In this document: positions 1 to 7,890 of the stretch, piece by piece | Position numbering within the stretch: position 1 is the first letter of the stretch | How the letters are laid out: every line of letters begins with the position of its first letter | Assembly (NCBI GenBank): GCA_015060445.1 | Contig: SUYL01000037.1 | Span: 1,577 to 65,576 of the forward strand | Reading direction: 5' to 3' | Source of the DNA: Bacteroidales bacterium | GTDB lineage: Bacteria; Bacteroidota; Bacteroidia; Bacteroidales; UBA932 | DNA: 64,000 nucleotides | The notes under the pieces: generated by a model | Told to the model about the DNA's origin: nothing | The model's database searches: none | The model's input: only the letters and a program-made list of their open reading frames with translations | Position numbers and translations under genes: made by a program

Positions 1-2408
1 TTCTTTAGAATAGCAAACTTGTCAGAAATTAAATAGGGTTTAAAGATGGATTTTTTCCAAAATAGTCTTCTGTAATACTCTATAGACATTGAAATGCTTA
101 CTAAAAAAAATATCAGTGGTATCAATAAAGCATACCAGTCCGATACACCTTTAAACATCTCGAATAGTGCTTCTGCAAATAATAGCGCCGTAAATACCCA
201 CCACATAGCCATGGTGGCTCCAATAGTCTTATAATCAGGAATGCCTGTTATCCTTAACCAAAGGGCTCTCCCTGATAAAGCTATAGCACCTGAAACAAGT
301 ATTAGTATATCCCATAATGTCAACCCTTCATACCATTGCTTCATCTCATGGTCTACTGGAAGAATTCCTAAGATAGAGACAATTGTTGAAAGAGCAACCA
401 ATATTATCAACGGGAATAGGAAACAATGCTTTACTAACCCTTTCCTACGCTGCTTTTTTAAGGATTTTGTTATGAATTCATGTGTAAGTGGAGTAAGCAA
501 TTTTTCATACTTGAACAGAAAGTATTCCGCCTGCAACAGCAATGACCTTTCCTGAATAAGTCCTTTGACTGATTTGTTGTCTGCTGCCCAATAGCCAGCC
601 TGCTTTTGGTAATAATCATTCTGTTTGAGGAATTGTGCTTTAGTATTGCACCACTCCCTAATTACTGACCAGAAATTAATAAGCATTTCGTGAACTATTG
701 TAATGGTTGCCTCCCCAGCAGAATTCTTACCCGATACAAAAAGATGGGCATCCACCAACTGCTGCAGAACATCTTTTCGCAATTTGGATCTGGCCACATC
801 CTTCATCAAAGATGTTTTCCTTACAAAAAGCTTCCCTTCCTTGTCTGAAATAGTTATTACAGTTCCTAGCATATCAGAGAACACACTCTTCTCCTGCTCT
901 GTAAATCCATTGTACACTTTGTCTGCATATTTTATAATTGCACCATTAAGTTTGCCAATGGATTCATATGCCTCATAAGTAAGTATTTGGGTAGACTTGC
1001 ATGCATTGTAAAGTTCAGAGAGTCCGAACTCTATCAAAGGCAGTTCGCCCAAAGCAAACGCATCCTGAGCTATCTGCCTGCTCAGCTTTACACCTTTGTC
1101 ATTGATTTCCCAACTTAAATTCGCTTTCCTTGCCGGTTCTTCTACAATTTCTATAATACCCTCATATAAAACTTTAGGTAGATCCACCACAATAGCATTA
1201 TTCTTTATAAGATGCAGATCCGGGTATCTGGAGAAAACATTATAGAAATCGCTTCTCATAGAGAAAATCATCTGTATGCACCTTATTTCACATAATCCCC
1301 GCAACAGAATGAAGGTTCGGATTCTTTCCTGTTCCTGAATTTCATTATCGCTAAAAAGCTCTTCAAACTGGTCTAACAGGAACACCGTCTTAAGTTCACT
1401 ACATGAATTATCCAATGCATATTTGAGATGGCTGAAATTGTATCCCACCTCTATTCCGTTGTTAAGTTCATCAAGAACAGGATTTCCTTTTAGGTAAGGA
1501 AATTCATTGACCAGGATATTAATAATTCCGCTATAAATGTTGTTATGGAATACAGAAGGGATTATTTCATTAACATGTTCCTTGGTAACAGTGCTGCCGT
1601 AATTAACAAAATGCGGCAGGAGTCCCGCTTTAATAAATGATGACTTTCCGGAACCGCTTTCTCCCAAAACAAGTAGCGGCTGTCTCAGTTTCTGATCCAT
1701 AAGCGTCAATTTCTGGGCAACTTCATAAACCATATCCTTACGCCCGCAGTAGATTGCGCTCTGTTCAAAAGTAAAAGAATTAAGTCCTACATAAGGGTTG
1801 CCTTCCCACTCCCGCACATTCACATTTTTGCCAATAGCGTCTATTATAAGTTTCTTCAGATGGGTCCTGAGTCTTTCTTCAAAAGTCTGCTGCTTGTCAA
1901 ACTGCCAATACGCATAATTGGTATTTGTTTCTGCATCATGGAATTTCTCGCCAATAAAGGAATGTAGCATCTCTTGCTGTTTCAATGCATCTTTTATGGC
2001 CACTGTAGACATTCCATTTGCAAACTGCACCTCTACATCCTTAACATAAACCATTATCTTTGGATTCCCGGTTGTGCGCCACAAAGTATACATAGTATCA
2101 AACTCATACTCTGTTCCCGACAAATATTCACTGCCATCCGGTTTGCGGAAAGTATGCCCTAATGTACTTCCCAGACGCGACCACAAAATAAAAATGGCAA
2201 TATCTACGGGTGCAGCATTAAGGAAATAGTCAATCCCATTCTGAAATGAATTGGTTGCTGCCAGAGGTAAATCTTCCCACATCAAAGTTTCCAGTTCAAT
2301 ATACCCCCTATATATGGTCTGCAACTCTTCAATTACTCTTTTTGCAATACCCCTTTCAAGGTTCACATCAGAAGGGGATGAGATAAATATCCTGAGTTTA
2401 TTTTTCAT
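1..2408 (-). CDS. TIR-like (DUF4062-type) N-terminal domain / STAND P-loop NTPase / C-terminal multi-pass membrane region; 3' end runs off the left window edge (>=802 codons present)
   Basis: Not in the supplied ORF track because there is no stop inside the window. Own minus-strand translation from the ATG at 2408-2406 gives MKNKLRIFISSPSDVNLERGIAKRVIEELQTIYRGYIELE... Walker A LLVLGESGSGKSSFIKAGLLP is encoded around 1620-1690 in the same frame. The frame stays open to base 3 (...EYYRRLFWKKSIFKPYLISDKFAILK). Hydrophobic helices occur in the last ~120 codons, e.g. FLFPLIILVALSTIVSILGIL and IGATMAMWWVFTALLF. Confidence 0.7.
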   Translation of the reverse strand, partial: MKNKLRIFISSPSDVNLERGIAKRVIEELQTIYRGYIELETLMWEDLPLAATNSFQNGIDYFLNAAPVDIAIFILWSRLGSTLGHTFRKPDGSEYLSGTEYEFDTMYTLWRTTGNPKIMVYVKDVEVQFANGMSTVAIKDALKQQEMLHSFIGEKFHDAETNTNYAYWQFDKQQTFEERLRTHLKKLIIDAIGKNVNVREWEGNPYVGLNSFTFEQSAIYCGRKDMVYEVAQKLTLMDQKLRQPLLVLGESGSGKSSFIKAGLLPHFVNYGSTVTKEHVNEIIPSVFHNNIYSGIINILVNEFPYLKGNPVLDELNNGIEVGYNFSHLKYALDNSCSELKTVFLLDQFEELFSDNEIQEQERIRTFILLRGLCEIRCIQMIFSMRSDFYNVFSRYPDLHLIKNNAIVVDLPKVLYEGIIEIVEEPARKANLSWEINDKGVKLSRQIAQDAFALGELPLIEFGLSELYNACKSTQILTYEAYESIGKLNGAIIKYADKVYNGFTEQEKSVFSDMLGTVITISDKEGKLFVRKTSLMKDVARSKLRKDVLQQLVDAHLFVSGKNSAGEATITIVHEMLINFWSVIREWCNTKAQFLKQNDYYQKQAGYWAADNKSVKGLIQERSLLLQAEYFLFKYEKLLTPLTHEFITKSLKKQRRKGLVKHCFLFPLIILVALSTIVSILGILPVDHEMKQWYEGLTLWDILILVSGAIALSGRALWLRITGIPDYKTIGATMAMWWVFTALLFAEALFEMFKGVSDWYALLIPLIFFLVSISMSIEYYRRLFWKKSIFKPYLISDKFAILK

Positions 2409-2503
2409 GACACTTCTCTTCTTTTAAGCATAATAACGTGCTTCCTATAAAAATTGAAAATTAATTACTTTTTCCAGATAGATGATTACTAGATTCGTCA
2501 GGT

Positions 2504-2932
2504 TTAATATTCTATTTTGATATTTGCATTAATCTCAATGCCATCACTTAAAATATTAATTTGATTGAGATTTAATAGTTTATGGACCAGAGATAATTCT
2601 GGTATATCACTAAGTGATAGAGTAATCTTGTTATTATTAGCCGATATGAAAGCAAGGTTTTTCATATCGGCAATAGAGTTAAGGATAGTAGGAAGGAATG
2701 TGTTAACAAGTGTGCTGCTATCTGCTTTAAGCACAATATTGTTTCCAGAAACATTATAAATCGATAGTGATATTGAAATGTCCTTCTTTACTTCTCCAAT
2801 GAGGAATAAACTTGTTTTATATGTATATGTGATGTTAATTTTTCCATTGTAACCATATTCCAAATGAATAGGTTGATTTATTTTCTTTGAAATAAAAGAA
2901 TTGATTTCGTGATAATTAGCTTTAAGTTGCAT
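2504..2932 (-). CDS. Small hypothetical protein (142 aa), paralog of the adjacent 133-aa protein
   Basis: ORF track. Very AT-rich. Shares collinear patterns with 2947..3348 (YHEINSFISKKIN vs YTEISNIIKAKTK; GKINITY vs DKINIKI; ISISLSI vs LSLSINS). Lies 14 bp downstream of its paralog on the same strand. No family recognised. Confidence 0.55.
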   Translation of the reverse strand: MQLKANYHEINSFISKKINQPIHLEYGYNGKINITYTYKTSLFLIGEVKKDISISLSIYNVSGNNIVLKADSSTLVNTFLPTILNSIADMKNLAFISANNNKITLSLSDIPELSLVHKLLNLNQINILSDGIEINANIKIEY

Positions 2933-2946
2933 AAATGTAGTAGCCT

Positions 2947-3348
2947 TTATAAGTTAAATATCAGATTGAATCCATTTGGAGTTGCCTCCAATGAGGATAT
3001 TGAAACGGACGCAAATATGTTTCCTAACTTCGGTATCTTAGGTAAACATATTTTGATATGTTTTGTCGAGAAGTTAATAAATGGGAAAATATCGGCTTTG
3101 TTTGAAAGTATGGTTGTAATACCATTAACTAATGATTCAACTCCAGGATAATCACTGTTAATAGATAAACTTAAATCTCCCGTTGGTGAGTAATAAAAAA
3201 GCATGTCCGCATAAATCTCTCCTATATTCTGGTGTGGGATAATTTTTATATTTATTTTATCTGAAGAAATATATGAAAGGGTATTTGCCAACTTTGTTTT
3301 AGCCTTAATTATGTTTGAAATCTCTGTATATGATATAAATATCTTCAT
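2947..3348 (-). CDS. Small hypothetical protein (133 aa), paralog of 2504..2932
   Basis: ORF track. Tandem paralog of the next gene on the same strand. No signal peptide or known motif recognised. Confidence 0.55.
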   Translation of the reverse strand: MKIFISYTEISNIIKAKTKLANTLSYISSDKINIKIIPHQNIGEIYADMLFYYSPTGDLSLSINSDYPGVESLVNGITTILSNKADIFPFINFSTKHIKICLPKIPKLGNIFASVSISSLEATPNGFNLIFNL

Positions 3349-3452
3349 TAAATTTTATTGTGTATAAGTGTTATTTCTATTCTATAATGTATCTTGAGTT
3401 GTATTAAATTTTTAAAATGATAAGGCTAAATCATACATTTATCGTAATTGTA

Positions 3453-3854
3453 TCAAACTATTGTCCATCCATTGTCATAGTGGGCACTGCCAACTTGAAT
3501 CTCTTTACATGTAATTGTAAATTCTTCATATTGTTGCAGTTCATCTTTTTTGTCATAGGTCTCAGCATACTCAATCATGTAAGCCTCCTTAAAACAGACT
3601 TTTTTTATTTCTGAACCTTGATCATTTGCAATAGAAATAAATCCATTTTTGCTCAGATATGTATTGCACATCCATTCCATCAAATCCTCCTCCCCGTTAT
3701 CTTTGGATTTGACTTTAAGGTAGATATATCCCCCTCTAATTGATCCTATAGGCTGGCCTTCTATGTCTGTCTTTTGTTTTAATTCGTAACGGAAATAAAC
3801 TACTTCACGTTCTGCAATGCTATCGGCATTAAAAGTTACAATTTTAGATGTCAT
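3453..3854 (-). CDS. TssD/Hcp-like tube-protein homolog (Bacteroidota T6SS TssD type), orphan
   Basis: 133 aa. The pattern EREVVYFRYELKQKTDIEGQPIGSIRGGYIYLKVKS ... LMEWMC ... KKVCFKEAYMIEY ... EFTITCKEIQVGSAHYDNGW matches my recollection of Bacteroidales TssD proteins (x-GrP-x-GG-x-I-x-V, EWM, F-x-x-AY, final I-x-G...W). No other T6SS core genes are in the window. Confidence 0.6.
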   Translation of the reverse strand: MTSKIVTFNADSIAEREVVYFRYELKQKTDIEGQPIGSIRGGYIYLKVKSKDNGEEDLMEWMCNTYLSKNGFISIANDQGSEIKKVCFKEAYMIEYAETYDKKDELQQYEEFTITCKEIQVGSAHYDNGWTIV

Positions 3855-3885
3855 AATTTTTAATATTATAGGGAATATTATCAGT

Positions 3886-4935
3886 CTATTCTTTTTTTGA
3901 ATTTTTTATAAGTGTTAATTGTGAGATGATTTTTCGTTCAAGGTCTTCCTTTTCATTCTCATAATTGACAAAATCAATACCAGTGAGATCGTATGCAATA
4001 CTATCTGCGTATGGATAGTTGTCAAGTTTTATCGGTATTATCATCTTCCCATGTTCAACGGCAACGGATATCTCTTTTATTACGTTTTCAGACTTATTAC
4101 TGTTCTCAGATGATAAAAACAGAACCATCTGTGATTGCTTGATAGTATTTACAATTACAGATTTATAATTGCGGCCACTATATTCTCCTGTCCTGTCAAT
4201 CCAGAATTTGAGATTCATACGCTTCAATGTTTCTGCCAGTTCGTCTGCCTTTTCGCTGTCAATCCTTGAATAACTTATAAATAAATCATACTCGTCAATG
4301 CTTGTCTGTGCTTGTTTTACAGATTTATTTTCTATGGCAGGTTTAATGTTTCTCTCTACGCATGCGGCAAACTGCTCATAGAAGTCTATATACTTTATAT
4401 AATCAGGTTTTTCAGTTTGGTCATATATGTATAAGTACACTTTGTAGCAGGCATTGGTGCGTTTAAGAAAGTCAGATATGGCGCGGGACATAGTGAGTGC
4501 TATTCTAGGATAAGGAATACGCGCAGTGCCACCTCCTATTGTAGGGAAAGCAATAGAAGAAACATTAAGATGGCGCATAATGTTGAGACATTTTGTTACT
4601 GAATTGCCAATAATGTACTCATGAACTTCTTCAGTAGGCAGATCTTTTAGTGTACTGTTCCCGATGAATCCAATTGTAATGGCGTGAAAAATATATTTAT
4701 AGGGTAGTGTCCCCGAAGTGCTCACAATAATGTCACCAATTTTTGCAGGAACATGTTTCCTTACATCATTTTCTATGGCACCAGTTCCCTCTTTGCGGCG
4801 GATAGATGCAGATACACCTCCTCCCATTGTGACAAAACAATCATCACTGCTTACAAGTATGTCTGCATTCGAATCCAAGATGTTCCCAATTCGTATAGTA
4901 ACTTCTGAATTGTTGTATCTGTAAGTTCTTTCCAT
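3886..4935 (-). CDS. Macro domain - TIR domain fusion protein
   Basis: 349 aa. N-terminal macro motifs: GNILDSNADILVSSDD..MGGGVSASIRRKEG and IAFPTIGGGTARIP. C-terminal TIR_2-type motifs: YDLFISYSRIDSEKADELAETL..KFWIDR, MVLFLSSENSNKSENVIKEISVAVEHGKMIIPIKLD (candidate catalytic Glu in IKEIS). Confidence 0.8.
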   Translation of the reverse strand: MERTYRYNNSEVTIRIGNILDSNADILVSSDDCFVTMGGGVSASIRRKEGTGAIENDVRKHVPAKIGDIIVSTSGTLPYKYIFHAITIGFIGNSTLKDLPTEEVHEYIIGNSVTKCLNIMRHLNVSSIAFPTIGGGTARIPYPRIALTMSRAISDFLKRTNACYKVYLYIYDQTEKPDYIKYIDFYEQFAACVERNIKPAIENKSVKQAQTSIDEYDLFISYSRIDSEKADELAETLKRMNLKFWIDRTGEYSGRNYKSVIVNTIKQSQMVLFLSSENSNKSENVIKEISVAVEHGKMIIPIKLDNYPYADSIAYDLTGIDFVNYENEKEDLERKIISQLTLIKNSKKE

Positions 4936-5055
4936 ATAATGAATATCACAAGACTTTTATTGATCCAAACAAAAATAGTCATATTATAAGCGAACTCCAA
5001 GAGTTTTTATCTTAATTCCGGATATTGAATTATAACGTTACACTGAATCATAATT

Positions 5056-6450
5056 TTAATTCAGTAAACTCAAATCAATGTCAGGTACAATAACCTCCGT
5101 AAGTTTATCCTTAATAAGAAATCCCATATAAAGAGGTATTGTAAGGATCTCTTGTTCGCGACCTACATTATATTGCCCAAGTTTGATTGCATTATTGAGG
5201 TGGTAAACATTCTTATTTTTCAAGGCCGTTTTCAGACTCTTTGTTTTGCCGGATTTCGCCTTGACTTCAAGTACAACACATTCGCCCTTGTAGCGTACAA
5301 GAAAGTCCAATTCAAGACCACTATCCTTCTGGAAGTAGTACAGTTTCTGTCCGGACTTATAAAGAAAATCGGCCATGAGATTCTCAAATATAGCTCCTTT
5401 ATATCCCAAAAGATTTCCTTTGAGGATGTCTGCTTGAGTACCATAATCAAGCATAGCTACAAGAATACCTATATCTGTGGTGTATAACTTAAAGCAATCC
5501 TTAATGGAATTGCCTTCGAGTGGCAGTTCTGTAATCAGTGTATTATAGCATCTCTTTGCTATTCCTGCATCTTCAAGCCATTGGATGCTGCCTATATATT
5601 GCGAAGAACGTCCTCCTTTTCTTACTACTGAATACTGGAATTTTTTATTGTCCTTAGCCAATTGCTTGGGAATAGACTCAAAACATTCACGGATACGGGG
5701 TTTGTCTGCGTCATCTGCGTATTTGACCATATCCTCTTCGTATTCATCAATCAGATTACGCTGTGTTTTGTATGTGAGTTCGATATTTTTAGTTTCAAGG
5801 AATGTGTTTACCACCTCCGGCAGCCCTCCGACTATTACATATCTATGCAATAATTCCATCATTACCTTATGAATACCGTCGGGAACAGCCGTTTCATTTT
5901 CGAAACACACTTTCACCGTATCAATTACTTTGTCGTTGATTCCATTTGCCCACAGGAACTCTTCAAAATCTAACGGGTACATTTCAACCACAGTCTCATA
6001 TCCTATGGGGATAGAGTCCTGTCCCTCCTCCGGTGTTTTGTTGTTTTTACCATATCCTTTTACACCAAGGAGGGAGCCTGTCGCAATAACATCAAAACGC
6101 CCATCCATTTGGAATGATTTTAATGCTGTTCTTGCTTCTCTGCATTCCTGAATCTCATCAAGGATAATGCAAGTTCTTCCATTAATGAAACGACTTCCAG
6201 GAATCAATGCAGACAAATTAAGAATAATGGTATCAACATCAATATTTCCGGCAAAGGCAGACTTTTTATCAGGTTCAAGAATAAAGTTCATATAAACCAC
6301 ATTCTCGTAATTCTCCTTTGCGAATTTTTGGACAATATATGTCTTGCCACATTGACGGATACCTTTTATCACAAGCGGTTTCTTGGAACCGGAGGCTTTC
6401 CACTCAACCAAAACTGACTCGATTTTTCTTTTCAGCATCGTATTATACAT
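5056..6450 (-). CDS. AAA-family ATPase with C-terminal DUF4143 (PD-(D/E)xK-like) domain
   Basis: Walker A VIKGIRQCGKTYIV, Walker B CIILDEIQ, C-terminal ELDFLV...VVLEVKA. The track ORF starts at 6537, but the N-terminal 29 aa look like translated repeat DNA. The likely start is the ATG at 6450 or 6438 (MYNTMLKRKIES). Confidence 0.8.
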   Translation of the reverse strand: MYNTMLKRKIESVLVEWKASGSKKPLVIKGIRQCGKTYIVQKFAKENYENVVYMNFILEPDKKSAFAGNIDVDTIILNLSALIPGSRFINGRTCIILDEIQECREARTALKSFQMDGRFDVIATGSLLGVKGYGKNNKTPEEGQDSIPIGYETVVEMYPLDFEEFLWANGINDKVIDTVKVCFENETAVPDGIHKVMMELLHRYVIVGGLPEVVNTFLETKNIELTYKTQRNLIDEYEEDMVKYADDADKPRIRECFESIPKQLAKDNKKFQYSVVRKGGRSSQYIGSIQWLEDAGIAKRCYNTLITELPLEGNSIKDCFKLYTTDIGILVAMLDYGTQADILKGNLLGYKGAIFENLMADFLYKSGQKLYYFQKDSGLELDFLVRYKGECVVLEVKAKSGKTKSLKTALKNKNVYHLNNAIKLGQYNVGREQEILTIPLYMGFLIKDKLTEVIVPDIDLSLLN

Positions 6451-6663
6451 TTGTTTGAGTGCGAAAATACATTTTTTTAAGCGAATAATCAAGATGTAGT
6501 TACACTTTTTCAGGCGAATAATTCTGTATGGCAACATTTTTTAGAACGAATAAACAGATGAATTGTAGCAGCCTCAAAAAGTAGTGCAACTTTTTGCACT
6601 ATAAAAAGATAGATTTTTTGTATTTCTCCCTCTATACATAAAAGATCATTAATTTTTACTGTT

Positions 6664-7095
6664 ATGTTAATTCTTATTTCTTTTATGGTGTTAGCCTATG
6701 CGATTATGGGTAAGGATATTAAACCTCTTTTGGAGCGTGTGAGACGTGTTGAATGGCGCTGGGAGATAGAGAAGTTATTGGAAAAGATGAGGCCATGGGC
6801 TCTCAAGGCTGGACGAGTTGCCGCCAAACCTCTATTGCAGTTCTATTTTGTATTGTCGGATGAAAGTACTTCAACAGCTGACCGTATGATGATTTATGCT
6901 GCAATAGCTTATACTGTTCTGCCAACGGATTTATTGCCAAGGGCAGTGTATAAGTTGCTGGGTATCCTGGATGATGGAGTGGCAATTCTGTATGTTTATA
7001 GGAAGATAAAAGATAATATTACTCCAGAAATTGAGGAAAGAGTTGAAAATACACTTAATGAATGGTTTGGTGTTGAATATAGCGTAGTGAAATAA
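6664..7095 (+). CDS. DUF1232 (YkvA-like) membrane protein
   Basis: Motif IYAAIAYTVLPTDLLPRAVYKLLGILDDGVAILYV is typical of DUF1232. N-terminal TM helix. Confidence 0.7.
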   Translation: MLILISFMVLAYAIMGKDIKPLLERVRRVEWRWEIEKLLEKMRPWALKAGRVAAKPLLQFYFVLSDESTSTADRMMIYAAIAYTVLPTDLLPRAVYKLLGILDDGVAILYVYRKIKDNITPEIEERVENTLNEWFGVEYSVVK

Positions 7096-7115
7096 ATAAG
7101 AAGGACTTGAAATCT

Positions 7116-7436
7116 ATGAATAAACGTATTGCACTTGTGCTATGCCTAATCCTGTATCTTTTGTGTACTTTGTTGAGAACATATAATTGGGGGAGAGTGG
7201 AAACGGGATATGATGAACTTAATGATATAGCGGTTTCCTATTATGGATATGATTTTTCTTTTAGGAATATAGATGTGCCGTTGCTGTTGATACTCCAATT
7301 GGTTTTGTCGGTAACACTGGTACCATGGGTAATATGGCTTGTCCGAAAGAGGGATTTTAGAATGGATTGGTTGCACCTGAGTGGTGGAATGTTTTTGAGT
7401 CAATTGGCTGTTGTGGAATGCTTGTCTGCATTATGA
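7116..7436 (+). CDS. Small hypothetical membrane protein
   Basis: The track ORF 7107..7436 begins at a TTG; the first ATG is at 7116. Two to three hydrophobic helices. No family recognised. Confidence 0.4.
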   Translation: MNKRIALVLCLILYLLCTLLRTYNWGRVETGYDELNDIAVSYYGYDFSFRNIDVPLLLILQLVLSVTLVPWVIWLVRKRDFRMDWLHLSGGMFLSQLAVVECLSAL

Positions 7437-7533
7437 TTGGAACAATCTGCCTTTTTTATGAGGTGGTAAGGGCAGTAATGTATCCGGTATTGTTTGGAAA
7501 AGAAAAAGAAGTTAACCCTAAAAATAAATTATT

Positions 7534-7890
7534 ATGAAATGGAATGAAGTTGTTAAAAAGGAGATTGGTATTTTGGATATGGTTATTGCATTTGATACAA
7601 CAGGATCAATGGCAGCCTATATAGATGCAGTGAGGCAGGAGGTTGCAGAACTTATACCTGGTCTGTTCAAAGACAATGAAAACTTGCAACTTGATATTGT
7701 GGCTTTTGGTGATAGTGTGCCTTTTTCCAGCGGGCATAAGACTGCCAGACTGGTTGAAGTTGCAACTATGGTAAGGGGATCGGAGAAATCACGTGCCAAG
7801 TTTGATGAAATGGCATCGGAATGTGTTGATGAGGAGATGCGCAATGTGTTCAGACTTTACGGACTACAGGCAAGGAATAATTATGACTGA
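7534..7890 (+). CDS. Short vWA-like protein (N-terminal half of a von Willebrand A fold; possibly truncated)
   Basis: MIDAS-like VIAFDTTGSM followed by LDIVAFGD, but only 118 aa (a vWA domain is ~180 aa). Its stop overlaps the start of the next gene (ATGACTGA at 7883-7890). Confidence 0.5.
   Translation: MKWNEVVKKEIGILDMVIAFDTTGSMAAYIDAVRQEVAELIPGLFKDNENLQLDIVAFGDSVPFSSGHKTARLVEVATMVRGSEKSRAKFDEMASECVDEEMRNVFRLYGLQARNNYD

Noticed and set aside
241-2162. Plus-strand track ORFs 241..555, 703..978 and 1974..2162
   Set aside because: All lie antisense inside the long minus-strand STAND NTPase ORF, which has clear motifs. They have no recognisable features.
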